Assembly (NCBI GenBank): GCA_023263995.1
Contig: JALQTQ010000002.1
Coordinates: 1 to 50,767 of the forward strand
Direction of reading: 5' to 3'
Source of the DNA: Akkermansiaceae bacterium
GTDB taxonomy: Bacteria > Verrucomicrobiota > Verrucomicrobiia > Verrucomicrobiales > Akkermansiaceae
Length of the DNA stretch: 50,767 nucleotides
Shown here in pieces: positions 38,601 to 46,600 of this stretch (positions are counted from its first letter, which is position 1; the number at the start of each line of letters is the position of its first letter). Under the pieces are notes generated by a model. That model was not told the origin of the DNA. It made no database searches and saw nothing but the letters and a program-made list of their open reading frames with translations. A program made the translations under genes and the position numbers.

Positions 38601-41600
38601 ACGTTTTGGTGGTGTCGGCGGCCGACTTTCTGGGCTCGAGTTCCTCGCTTTCGGTTTCTCTGACGTATGATAGCGGCCCGCCTGCCGCTCCGAACCTTTT
38701 GCGGGTGGTCACCAACGACCTTTCGGTTGAGGCTGAGTGGGAATACCAGGGCGATGAAGAGCCGACCCGCTATGGCCTGTATTGGAATCCGACGTCGTTC
38801 GATGATCCGTCGCAGGCTTCCAAAAAAATCGAAAATCTGACGTTAGCCAATGGCAACTTCACCTTCGAGGATGGCAACTGGTTTGTCGGAGTGGTCGCCT
38901 TTGATGCTGCTGGCAATGCCAGCCCGCTTTCAAACCTGCGGCAAATATCGGTCGATTTCAGTCGCCCGGTCATCACTGTCTCTTACGACCAGGCCATGCC
39001 AGTCGGTCCCGGCCTCCTTGGTGTGCAGGTCGAGTCCAATGAAGCGCTCGATTCGGTCCCGTCGATGACCATTCGCTCCGCAGGTTCGAGTAGTCCCATT
39101 GCCATCACTCTGGCTCAGCAGACGTCCACCTTGTTCACCGGGCAGTATCAGGTCAGTGCAGCCAGCAGTCGTTCCGGTAATGCAGCGGTCCGCGTTTCTG
39201 CGCGGGATTTGGCAGGAAATGTCTTCAGCGGAACTCCGCAGGGTGAGAGCCTCAGCTTTGATGTCACCAAGCCCACGGCCATCATCACGCTCGATGAGGC
39301 TGCGCCCATCCAGACCACGTCGCCCCGGACGCTGACGGTCGGGTTGACCTTGTCCGAGAGTCTTGAGGCTGGTACGGAACCAGTCCTTCGATTCGAACCG
39401 CCCGTCGGGGCTATCATTGATCTCCCGCTGACTGGAAGCGGACTGGTCTGGTCGGGGCAACTGCCGGTGAATGCTGCGATGGGAAGCGGGGAGGGCTTCT
39501 TCCGCTTCAACGGCACCGATCCGGCAGGCAACGATGGCACCGTGATCACGGAGAACGAGATCTTGGAGCTCTACAACTCGGCGCTGCCGAACCCACCCGG
39601 ACAGGTGACCCAGGTGCGGGGTGAGATTCTCTCGGGCGGACGCATCCGAATCGATTGGACCCCCGCTGCGCGGGCCGAGTCTTACAAGCTGTTCCGCGAG
39701 CCCGGTAGCGAGGGGGGAGTGCCCACCCTGCTGGTCGAGGGCGGAATCGAGGCCTTGTCCTATGTCGACACCCCGCCTGTTGATGGTCCTTACCGGTACG
39801 CCGTGGTCTCCGAGTTGCGGGGCGCGGAAGGCCCCCCATCCGGCATCCTGGTGGCCGAATCGGACCGGCTGCCTCCGGAAGTGCCCGAGTCCTTCTCGGT
39901 CCAGTTGCTCGCCTCCGGCGTGGAGATCAGTTTTGCGGCACCGGCCTCCGGGCCGATCCCCAGTTCCTACCGGATCTACCGTGGCGCGACCTTGTTGCGC
40001 ACCGTTTCGACTCCGGAGATCATCCGCGACTACCCGGCGCGGGGGGCTCACGATTACCGCGTGGCTTCGGTCGATCAATACGGCAATGAGAATCCCACCG
40101 CCCCCATCACCATCGAGTTGTCGGTGAGTCCGGTGCGCGACCTCCACCTCAATGCCCGTCGGGGGAGTGCTTCCTCGCTGACCTGGCAGAACATCGATAA
40201 CACCGTGGTGGGCTTCAATGTCTATCGGGACGGGGTGAAACAAAACGGAGCGCCCCTGGCGACAGCGGCCTATGTCGATTCGCTGGGTAGCGGCGGTCGC
40301 TCGGTTCTGTATGAAGTGAGCGCTGTGAACGGGGCGGGGGATGAGAGTCTTCGTCGCGAGGTCCGGGTCTTTCCGATCGACCTGCGTGCCCTCCTCAATC
40401 CCGGGCAGGAGGGGAGTGAGGGACGGAGCTTTGCCGGCTACTTTGACCGACTCCGGATTGAAATCGAGAACCGGGCTGCCGGGAACGCGTTGGAGCTGGA
40501 AGCCATCGAGATCAACCGTATGGTGACCGGCGAGGATGATCTCACTCAGACCAATGATTTGAATCTGACGGTGGCCCCCGCGACCACGGAGGCCACCGAG
40601 GTGGTGTTGCCGGCCCCGGTCACGGTGGGAGCGGCCCAGAATTATCAGGTCATCCTGGAAAGCCTTCCCTCGTCGGGGGGCAGCCGGGTGACCTATGAAT
40701 TCAATTTCGAGAAGGATCTTGCGGTCCGGGCCTCGACCCCGGCCAGCCTTCGCACCGCCATGATTCCGGTTGCCGGAGCCAACGCGAATGTTGAGGTCAC
40801 TCTCCGGAATGCTGGGGGGGCTCCGATGGAAGTTATCCTCGGGAGGGAGTCGGGTACCATGCCGGGAGATGTGGCCATCGAGGTCACCACTGCCGAGGGC
40901 GAGGTGGTGAGTCGCACTGAATTCAAGGGACTCGGGGCCACCGGGACCGTTCTCCAAACCGATGGCCGGGTCACGGTGACCATCGCGCCGGGCCAGACCT
41001 TCACCTTCACCGTGCCTGACGTGGTGATTCCGGAATACTTGGGACCGCTCGGGGACGGTGCCTTTCTTTCGCTCAATCTCTCCAACCTCTATTCAGGACT
41101 TGGAACCTCCAACTCGGTCATGCAATCGACAAGGTTGTCCGCCCAGATTTTCACCCGCCTGCTCGAAACACCCTACTACGGCGAGTTGCAAACGGACAAA
41201 GATGCCTATGTCAACGAAGAAACGATCATGATTTCTGGTCGGGCCCTCGCCCGGGAGACCGACCTGCCTGAAGCCAATGTGCCTCTCCGAATCGGTTTCG
41301 AGGTGCAGAGCTACGTCTTTTACGAGGAGGTCACGACGGATGAAAATGGTGACTATACCCTTGAGTTCACTCCGCCCAAGGGGTTCTCAGGCGCATTGAA
41401 CATCTGGGCCGCCCACCCCCTGGTGGTCGATCAACTGAAACAAAAGACCATCCAGTTTCGGCGCTTCTACACGGCCCCGGGAACTGGCCAGATTGTTTTG
41501 TCAAAGAATGACACCCTCGACTTCCAGATCACCCTCGCAAACCCGGGCGACCTCCCTCTTGAGAACATCGCCTTGAACGATCGGGTGTTCATCACGAACG

Positions 41601-43690
41601 AGGGAGTCGAGACCGACATCGACACCATTTCCGCCGAGATCCTGACGCCGGGTCCGCTCAATCTTGAGCCGTATGAGGTTCGCAAGGTGGACCTACGGGT
41701 GACGTCGGCTCTGGATGCCCCAGATGCCGCGGTGGCAGTCCTGAACTTCGTTTCCCAGGGAGGGGCTTCAGCGGAATTCCGGGGCTTCCTGTCCCTCCGC
41801 CCGGCAGTGCCCGTGCTCAGTTTCACCGAGCCCTCGGTGGGATACGTCGACCTGTCGGTCAACCGCGGGGAAATCGCGAGCACCCGGGTCGTTCTCGAGA
41901 ACAAGGGGCTTCGGGCCCTCGAAGGAGTGGAGGTCATTCCACCGTCCACCCTGGGCTGGATGGATGTGACCCTGCCGCGCGATGAGAACGGACGTATCTT
42001 GCTGCCCGACGTTCCGGTCGGCGGGAAGTTGGTCTTCACGGTGGCCTATGCCCCGCCGCAAGGAACGGCGCTGGGGCTTTACGATGATCTCCTCCTCATC
42101 CGGGGCTCGAACCTGCAAAGCGATTTCCAGGTGAACCTGTTTGCCCAGATCACCAGTTCGGAGCGGGGGAGCGTGAAGTTCTTTGTCGACAATATCTTCG
42201 CCGAGCCGGTTCCAAACGCCAAAATCCGTCTGCGCAATCCGAACCTGCGGGCCAACCTGGGACCCTTCTTCACCGATTCCCTCGGTGAAGTGACGATTCC
42301 GGATTTACAGGAGGGAGGATGGTCCTACCAGATCACCGCATCGGGTCACACTACCGCCACCGGAAGCTTCGATGTCCGCGGCGGGCAGACTGCCTTCGCG
42401 ACCCATCGGCTCTCGAAATCGCTGGTGACGGTCGAATTCACGGTGACACCAGTGCCTTTTACCGACCGGTATGAAATCACCATCGAGCAAACCTTCGAAA
42501 CCCGGGTGCCGGTTCCCAATCTTGTGATGGACCCACCAGCAACGCAGTTGTTCGACCTTCCCGATGTGGCCGAGGGAACGATCATGGTCGATGTCAAGAA
42601 CGTGGGTCTGGCCAGTCTCTTCGAGGTGATTATCCGGGGACAGTCCGCGAACTACGGTTCTTTGGTTCCCCTCGTACGCTACCTTCCTGAGTTAAAGGCG
42701 CAGGAGACGGTGACCATTCCCTTCAAGTGGACCTGGGACATCACGGGATTGGTCGATCGCGATGCTCCGGGAGCCGAGCCGAGCAATTTCGATGAACAGG
42801 GAATCGAGAATATTCTAGCCCGCCGGCAGTTGGCTGACCAGATGGCCAATGCTCTGAGCTATCCCGAAACGGGAAATTCGACCTTTGACTTCTGTGCCGG
42901 AAACTTCGGCAGTCCCTTCCCCGATATTCGTGGTCTGGCCGCCCTCACCGAGGGGCTGGCCTGCTGTCCGGATGGCGCACCCCTGGCGGCCGGCGCGGCC
43001 TTCGCCCTGACGGCTTACAGCACCTATTCCTTCATCAGTTCGCCCGCCGTCACCATCGGGACCTTCCTCGGCTGTTTGGCCAGCGGTCTCTTCGACGGGA
43101 TCGGCGGCGGAGGCGGCGGAGGGGGGAGTAGCGGGCCGTCGACATCGCCCGGATTCGGGCCCGGGGGCGGTTGCTTTGTCACCAACACCCTGGTCGAGGT
43201 GCCCAATGCCCCCCCGGTTCCGATCCAGGATCTCAAGACCGGGCAGTTGGTCCGGACCGGCGAGAAGGCGGGGCACTATGCCGCGGTCGAGGAGGTGATC
43301 ACTCGCGAAGCCGACAACCTGCATCGCTTGTCCCTGAAGCCGATGCGGGGGGCGGTTGATGAGAAGCCGATCGTCCTGACCGGTACCGGTGACCATTACG
43401 TCTGGTCCGACTCGTCGGGGTGGACCCGCATTGACCAGCTGAAACCGGGCGATTTCCTGCATCACCATGACGGTCGACTCTTCAAGCTCCTGAAATCGGA
43501 GCTTCTGGAGGGAAGCCACACGGTGCACACCCTGAGCATCAAGGACGATACTGCCTTCTACGCCAACGGCCTGCTGGTGCAGGAACTGTGTGGTGACTTC
43601 GAGCTCCGGGCTGACCCGGAAAAGGAGACTGTGGAGGATGCTTCCTCCGAGCCCCTTGAACCCTTCTCAAACATTCCCGCCATCAAATGA
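29663..43690 (+). CDS. giant (4675-aa) secreted mosaic surface protein ending in a Hint domain
   Basis: A single uninterrupted ORF with signal peptide MKRSYRGAFFLWVQLMILALMPARAVG. Recognisable modules are listed here. LamG_3-like (about 30425-30915, ...ELDEFRVWNVARS). LCCL-like (about 31240-31460, GVYSDDSSPAKAAVHAGIL). FG-GAP/VCBS repeats (about 31960-32950). Several PPC-type (DVDYFRF/DVDYWSF) and CARDB-like domains. Three InlB-B-repeat-like units (about 35590-36030). FN3/Ig-like arrays. A beta-helix-like stretch. CarboxypepD_reg-like. Two hydrophobic segments (about 42977-43095). A Gly8 linker. The Hint domain. Confidence 0.85.
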   Translation: MKRSYRGAFFLWVQLMILALMPARAVGQSFLNMVESPAGAGLFVDRFSGEYLQANLTAGVTRLFNAAAGDRVTVLVETSSLRENANPRVRLTDAGGVLIAEVTGDQQGRVVLENQLIADPGVYTLTIYSTTESAEFTADVMLGRQLELESELNDFPLVADVPKALPVAGGFEVRAAGSLGSTLDWFALGELAVGSAIDLAVVAPANSLLNPEDLSIALFKEGDPVPVTTVSGGALSFTPTEAASYLVRLEVPSLDDKALQFDGTAATVNLGNPVALQISGDQTVEFWVNPARLGKRQNPYEKAYGGEGTMTIEPDGLINYYYGSGGDNNNPYLGVPSVARVRPNEWTHVAMVRDLTSTPKTVTWYFNGQQVAQQEVTIFPAATSVRDFLIGNGYAGYFEGELDEFRVWNVARSAVDIANHYAVTLTGSEGGLVAYYRFNEAGGTDILDGSSNGLNGTITGTFDRSGAGGSVAAFAASQSLGTTYFLSAEVDDLVAPTVVRTGLSPLAPYLFNGTTAAPSNMEGERGNIGSEFFYTVRGTTSGTLKGTGVYSDDSSPAKAAVHAGILRSGEVGTVKVTITGDTRYFQASSNHGVASSFDDFHPGSFTIEPYAPLVAPTLDGLYPGFWVAFSEPVDPSTLDAVTLSWAGPDGVLATADDENFPVSLISVEDHNRAVFGLDGKVLQAGVYRLRVAASLADRAANTLASPYTEDFTIASNSGYVNESGEGDTFATSTLLSLSVDAGTFDGSFVDGGVNQSSSGDSPFDVGHADFDGDGHEDVVVGYQGSGEKVSVFPGNGDGTFGTPVEFPASGDVWDVELIDYNKDGKTDVVASARNIDAVLLLQNTSTPGVLSFVQQANLPVGDDPRVITTGDFNKDTWPDLAVSNYGTNGTTGRSVSLLLNDQSGGFTPSLLEQGTMRAFGLSAADLNGDTNPDLVVGDIDNGQRIGVMLGNGDGTFGAPAFYDYGAGWDPSGIAIADFNQDLAMDLVVMRGNWYARELSIYPGVGDGTFGERINQDLGGGGYYYHFEQGDFTGDGWPDLMLGGYDRLTLLQNTADGSFGFRESSRNPGRAYGVAVADFDEDGTVDLLSSDENNDLLRFYAGQPRAFLLADDSNVATGLLHGYGRGYLSDNNDVDYFRFSAKAGQLVNLAVDTTGQDSANLYYIVEDSEGNDLFAIAGPVTVSGPRTIPRDGTYFVRVSPNAGHYNREYRFRVSLAPAGSGQQESENNDSINNSDGLAFTQSGTQLSARIYGVLMSNDGSGDYYNLGNLAEDTEVRIRLDLPSTSTLDSPALTLFKSDGSAITPDSLSPTELLFQLGEGDASTYFLRVSGGTRSSLAEYFVNVSLTDLVPPSVVADSLPDDSTDGLVTGFSLTFNKDMLPSSINNASNYSLVWAGPDGLPSTPDDVAVTIVSSGYSSGLTASYALAGAPIPAGDYLFRATGLRDIFGNEIPVPYEKAFSVGSQSGAGIETESNNSTATATPLPLDDSIPGYLTANARGLLIDSPDVDYWSFEGESGDLFVFETFLPFVGSTTSLYYRVYRPDGSLLWERRINSSELESAAPVTLPETGTYVIQIDDWNSVRSEYRFRVTLVRAGIDYETEGNGDLGSANPVNYNVVNNINTAVAAGFISGPTQLDFFDLGTIDAGTTVFLSTRAPSGSGLSPIVSLYNSAGQIMNEVSGTPNDSSVEVPISETGVYYGLVRANIGTSGLDGTYVLDIRTLPTAAVDFPNLQVTAVDDVTTPGIRSGDAITFSYTVTNTGSLQTGSSAWVDRVVLSSNDVYGDGDDLQLAVIPHTGALSPSAFYVNNPTVVIPDGLSGDFYLIVRTDSSNAVDEIFKEGDNSRATSTTFPVQLQDYPDLVIEDFGITGPDPSGLYQFDWKLANRGTGDATGNHTTRITILNTTTSQVVLNQDLDVIDAIGSGLFLSQATSLTTTTPGFYLITITADADREVYEYNVSGHGAAEANSLQDNFQIFEFFDIMVSASPGSGGSVSGGGTYRDGFEVTVSATPDTSVLPYRFVNWTENGVFVSANATYTFTAGSDRNLVAVFALPQFQVVSLVSPPGSGSVSGAGTYALNATASLTANPSPGYLFDRWEEGATNLGSTNPLAFNVTGARTVTAVFREANPTHLVTLATAPPDLVVIPGGATYANGEILNATAPLSVIRDDSEFLFKRWVLNGLQLNTNPVLSKTFSTLDPPVMAYLADYEERSLLPVLTSVTSNFGTLVPLSDAVVFTVNFDRDMNTSILPGLTLSSGTASVIPPVPTGAWVNARQYRSGPTSFGSDSAGAFALTVGAATDTNGRVMAADSSFGFTVDGLPPENPVPILTGTTSSAATVGWAGYPAPADLGSFRYYLETSPFTSVSGLSPVSGAGKTARSATFTGLEPDTDYYAAIIAVDAAGNITPTVTPLSFRLATVLPPPVNPTLARPSITSARLDWAAYDRTLIGLEGFRIYRSTTPFTTVDVLTPVAEVDRNTTQYLFEGLDRLDDHHFAVVAFNRNDEQVDEVTPVLWQDPLRGTLAESFTIGGEEEVILIHGDLVLSGGATLTILPGTTLAFAPGTGLSVQDGILVADGSARWPVHFTSAGEFSDPPTAARGDWSGVTLGDPTKVSTLRHLWLRFGSGLQVTGGEPVLSNYYAVQNSGAGLDVSGGTVNGVDLLLTVNENGARATGTGSLTLTNSILKSNSVANAVQSGGGELSAERCFWGTPTASGLEGIVSAGSLLANEPVLGGVLAVRNGEDRTATRDIVLFLGAANGVSFRLSEDSLFPSVAFDELFEADDDFRFSPYGFELPFRLSQGGGLKTVFGQLRSESDQPGGNLSVPITLVTDGPVVGSFSLTEGQVVDRPITVTGTGSAPLGVARTQFLVDGVVLAQTTTGALSFEWDPRSLPSGIKRAVLAVSDNYGGMATREVNVTVAPGPPPRPVIASPSDGTLTNNATVTVQGSAEPGVTVQVTRNGAVIVSDILVPANGQFVIPDVPLVEGANVLVVSAADFLGSSSSLSVSLTYDSGPPAAPNLLRVVTNDLSVEAEWEYQGDEEPTRYGLYWNPTSFDDPSQASKKIENLTLANGNFTFEDGNWFVGVVAFDAAGNASPLSNLRQISVDFSRPVITVSYDQAMPVGPGLLGVQVESNEALDSVPSMTIRSAGSSSPIAITLAQQTSTLFTGQYQVSAASSRSGNAAVRVSARDLAGNVFSGTPQGESLSFDVTKPTAIITLDEAAPIQTTSPRTLTVGLTLSESLEAGTEPVLRFEPPVGAIIDLPLTGSGLVWSGQLPVNAAMGSGEGFFRFNGTDPAGNDGTVITENEILELYNSALPNPPGQVTQVRGEILSGGRIRIDWTPAARAESYKLFREPGSEGGVPTLLVEGGIEALSYVDTPPVDGPYRYAVVSELRGAEGPPSGILVAESDRLPPEVPESFSVQLLASGVEISFAAPASGPIPSSYRIYRGATLLRTVSTPEIIRDYPARGAHDYRVASVDQYGNENPTAPITIELSVSPVRDLHLNARRGSASSLTWQNIDNTVVGFNVYRDGVKQNGAPLATAAYVDSLGSGGRSVLYEVSAVNGAGDESLRREVRVFPIDLRALLNPGQEGSEGRSFAGYFDRLRIEIENRAAGNALELEAIEINRMVTGEDDLTQTNDLNLTVAPATTEATEVVLPAPVTVGAAQNYQVILESLPSSGGSRVTYEFNFEKDLAVRASTPASLRTAMIPVAGANANVEVTLRNAGGAPMEVILGRESGTMPGDVAIEVTTAEGEVVSRTEFKGLGATGTVLQTDGRVTVTIAPGQTFTFTVPDVVIPEYLGPLGDGAFLSLNLSNLYSGLGTSNSVMQSTRLSAQIFTRLLETPYYGELQTDKDAYVNEETIMISGRALARETDLPEANVPLRIGFEVQSYVFYEEVTTDENGDYTLEFTPPKGFSGALNIWAAHPLVVDQLKQKTIQFRRFYTAPGTGQIVLSKNDTLDFQITLANPGDLPLENIALNDRVFITNEGVETDIDTISAEILTPGPLNLEPYEVRKVDLRVTSALDAPDAAVAVLNFVSQGGASAEFRGFLSLRPAVPVLSFTEPSVGYVDLSVNRGEIASTRVVLENKGLRALEGVEVIPPSTLGWMDVTLPRDENGRILLPDVPVGGKLVFTVAYAPPQGTALGLYDDLLLIRGSNLQSDFQVNLFAQITSSERGSVKFFVDNIFAEPVPNAKIRLRNPNLRANLGPFFTDSLGEVTIPDLQEGGWSYQITASGHTTATGSFDVRGGQTAFATHRLSKSLVTVEFTVTPVPFTDRYEITIEQTFETRVPVPNLVMDPPATQLFDLPDVAEGTIMVDVKNVGLASLFEVIIRGQSANYGSLVPLVRYLPELKAQETVTIPFKWTWDITGLVDRDAPGAEPSNFDEQGIENILARRQLADQMANALSYPETGNSTFDFCAGNFGSPFPDIRGLAALTEGLACCPDGAPLAAGAAFALTAYSTYSFISSPAVTIGTFLGCLASGLFDGIGGGGGGGGSSGPSTSPGFGPGGGCFVTNTLVEVPNAPPVPIQDLKTGQLVRTGEKAGHYAAVEEVITREADNLHRLSLKPMRGAVDEKPIVLTGTGDHYVWSDSSGWTRIDQLKPGDFLHHHDGRLFKLLKSELLEGSHTVHTLSIKDDTAFYANGLLVQELCGDFELRADPEKETVEDASSEPLEPFSNIPAIK
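43172..43585 (+). other. Hint (Hedgehog/intein-like, bacterial intein-like) autoprocessing domain at residues about 4504-4641 of the giant protein
   Basis: It starts with Cys directly after GGGGGGGGSSGPSTSPGFGPGGG (CFVTNTLVEV...IQDLKTGQLVRT). The block B motif TGDH (TxxH) is present. The C-terminal block is HTVHTLSIKDDTAFYANGLLVQE, with QE in place of the intein HN. Only 34 residues follow it. Confidence 0.7.
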
Positions 43691-46600
43691 AAACCGCATG
43701 CCATTCCAACTCCCGGCCGGGCCGTTTTTGGGTAGCTGTCCTGTTCCTTTCCGGGCTCGTTCCCGCGCTCTTTGCCCAGCAGCAGTTCCAGGGGCTCTGC
43801 AACCGGGTGAAGATCGAAATCGCGCAGGAGCTGACCACCGAACGGATCGGATTCGAGGCCGTGCTCAAGGTGACCAATAACGACGGGGAGGATCCCATCA
43901 CCAACTTCTCGGCTGCTCTCACCTTCACTGACAAGGAAACGGGGGAGGATGCCGCCGACCGGTTCTTCGTGCAGCCTCCCGAGTTGTCCTCGATCAACCG
44001 CATCGACGGAACGGGCAACATCTCGCCGACCCAGACGGCTGTCATGACCTGGTTCATCATTCCCAAGACCGGGGAAAACGCGCCGGGTGGTGAGGACCCC
44101 CGCGGGAAGCTCTACGACATCGGATGCAATCTCGCCGGCTCGATCCGTGGGGAGCCCATTCCCGGTGATGTCCTTTTCGCGGTCAGTGACACCATCACGG
44201 TTCGGCCGGAGCCTCAGTTGGCTATCACTTACTTCCAGCCTCGCGATGTGCAGGGTGACGATCCGTTCACGCCGGAGGTGGAAAGCCCCATTCCCTTCAC
44301 CCTCGGGGTGTTGGTCAAGAATGACGGCTTTGGAATCGCCAAGAAGGTCAAGATCGATTCCCAGCAACCCAAGATCCAGGAGAATCGCAACGGTCTCTTG
44401 TTAATTGCGCGCTTGCTCGGAGCGCGGGTGCAGGACTCGCAACTCGATGAGACCAGCCTTGTGGTCAATCTCGGCGACATCGAGCCGGCCAAAGTGAAGA
44501 AAGGGGCGTGGGACATGATCACCTCGCTGAGCGGCGAGTTCGTCGAGTTTCAGGCCCGCTACACCCACGCCGATGATCTCGGAGGTGAGGCCACCTCCCT
44601 GATCAAGAGTCTCGATGCCCACTTCATCGCCCGCGAGGTCCTCAATGACGAACCCGGGCGGGACTCTATCATGGATTTCCTCGCCGATACTGATCGGGAT
44701 TCCAACCGTATCCCCGACACCCTCTACGAAACGGATGGCGCCATCCTGCCGGTCAACTACCAGCCGCAGGCAACCGTTGATGGCCTGAGTGGAGGCAAGA
44801 CCACCGTGACCCTCAATGCCGACCGCGAGGGGTGGGTCTACCTTCGTCTCGACGATCCCGCCCAGTTTCGCTTCCCGATTGCCAGTGTGGTGCGCAACGA
44901 CGGCAAAGTCCTCAATCCCCGGAACTACTGGACCAACGTCCGTTACCGACCATCCGACAACTTCCGCCTGACTTACCTCAATCTCTTCGATCGCGTGGAA
45001 AACGGAGCCTCCCATACCTATGAGGTGACCTATGACACGGTCAGCGACGACGTCACTTCTCCGGAGACCCGCATTCGCTTTTCAGGCGAGGTGAGCGGAG
45101 ATGGGCCGTATTACATCACGCCTGAAACGCAGATCTACTTCACGAGCGAGGACGATAGCCCGGTCTCGATTGAATACCAGCTTGACGGCGGCGGCTTCCG
45201 GCCGGCCCTTCCCTTTGATCTCGATCTTCCCGGCACCTATGTCGTGGAGTTCTTTGCGACCGATGTCCCCGGCAATGTCGAAGTCACCAAGACCGCGACC
45301 CTGATCATTCCGGAACCGGGAGCACCGGTGGCCTTGAGTGCCGATGAAAACCGGATCTTCCCGTCGGATCTTCTCTCTATCCGGCCAAACCAGACCCCCA
45401 TCCGTGCCACCGTGCCACCAAGCTCAGTCGAGGTGAACGGGCAACTCCGGCTCTACCGTGGGGTGGTGGCCTTTCCTCAACTCGCCGGGATCCCGATGGA
45501 CCCGACTCCCCGGAGTGGGGCCACCATTGAAGTGAGCGGGCAATTCGCGGAGTATTACCAATATCGGATCAATGGCGGTGCCTGGACTGCCGAACGTCCG
45601 GTTGATCAGCTCATCGAACTGACCGACCTCAGCGGATCGATCACTCTTGAGGTGCGGGCGCGCCATGGCCTCGGAGATTACCTTGACGACGCCCAAGCGC
45701 TCACGGTGACCTGGACGGTCGATCCCGCCGCCGAGGATCTGATGATCACCGGGCTGCCTCCCACACCCACCCGCGAAGGCAGTACTATTACCGCCGACGT
45801 GACCACTAACGGTTCCTCGACGCAATACCGATGGTCTCCGGGTGGGCTCGGCTTTTATCGCCCGGCTGAACCCTACACCACTCCGATCACGCGCGAGCGT
45901 CTGCTGGAGGGAGATTATCAACTCAACATCATCACCAATGCCGGTGGGACTTTTCCCGATGAGGCCGCCCCCGACTCGGTCAGCGTGGCCCGGTGGACTT
46001 TTGACCGGAGCTGGGGATTTGATTTCTCAAGCCTGACCGAGATCCGGAGCGAGGAACTGGACAATGTCGCGGGGACCGGGATTTCCTTTGTCTGGGATGG
46101 TCGTGATTCCGATGGCGTGGAGCAGATTCCCGGAGCCTACACCGTTTCCCTGGAGCTCACCGATGCCCTCGGCAACATCACCCGGGCCGCCAGCCTGGTC
46201 GAGATCGAGGGGCTGTCGTCGAGTCGGCAGATCCTGGCCGCCGCCTCGAGCTCTCCCGGCAACCTCCGGGCGCAAGGCGACTGGGCGGTTTGGCAGCAGC
46301 GGGTGGGAACCACCTTGAACATCTTCGCCGACAATCTCAGCGACAGTGAACCGCCGGTGGCCATCACCAACTCGGTGGAGATGGACCAGGAAGATCCAGC
46401 GACCGATGGGGCCTATGTCGTTTGGCAGACCCGTTTGCCCAACGGCTCCACCGATCTTCTTTACTCCCCCCTGGGTGCCCCGACTCCGGCCATCGTGACT
46501 GACACGCCGGGCCGGGTGGAGGCCAATCCGGTCATCGAGTGGCCCTGGGTGGTCTACCAGGTCAAGGATGCTGACAGCCCGTCGGCTCCGTGGCAGGTCG

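Noticed and set aside
43172-43585. True (splicing) intein interrupting a host protein
   Set aside because: There is no C-extein of a recognisable host domain, only a 34-aa tail. The C-terminal His-Asn plus nucleophile is replaced by Gln-Glu-Leu, and there is no homing endonuclease. It is interpreted as a Hedgehog/BIL-type Hint domain instead.
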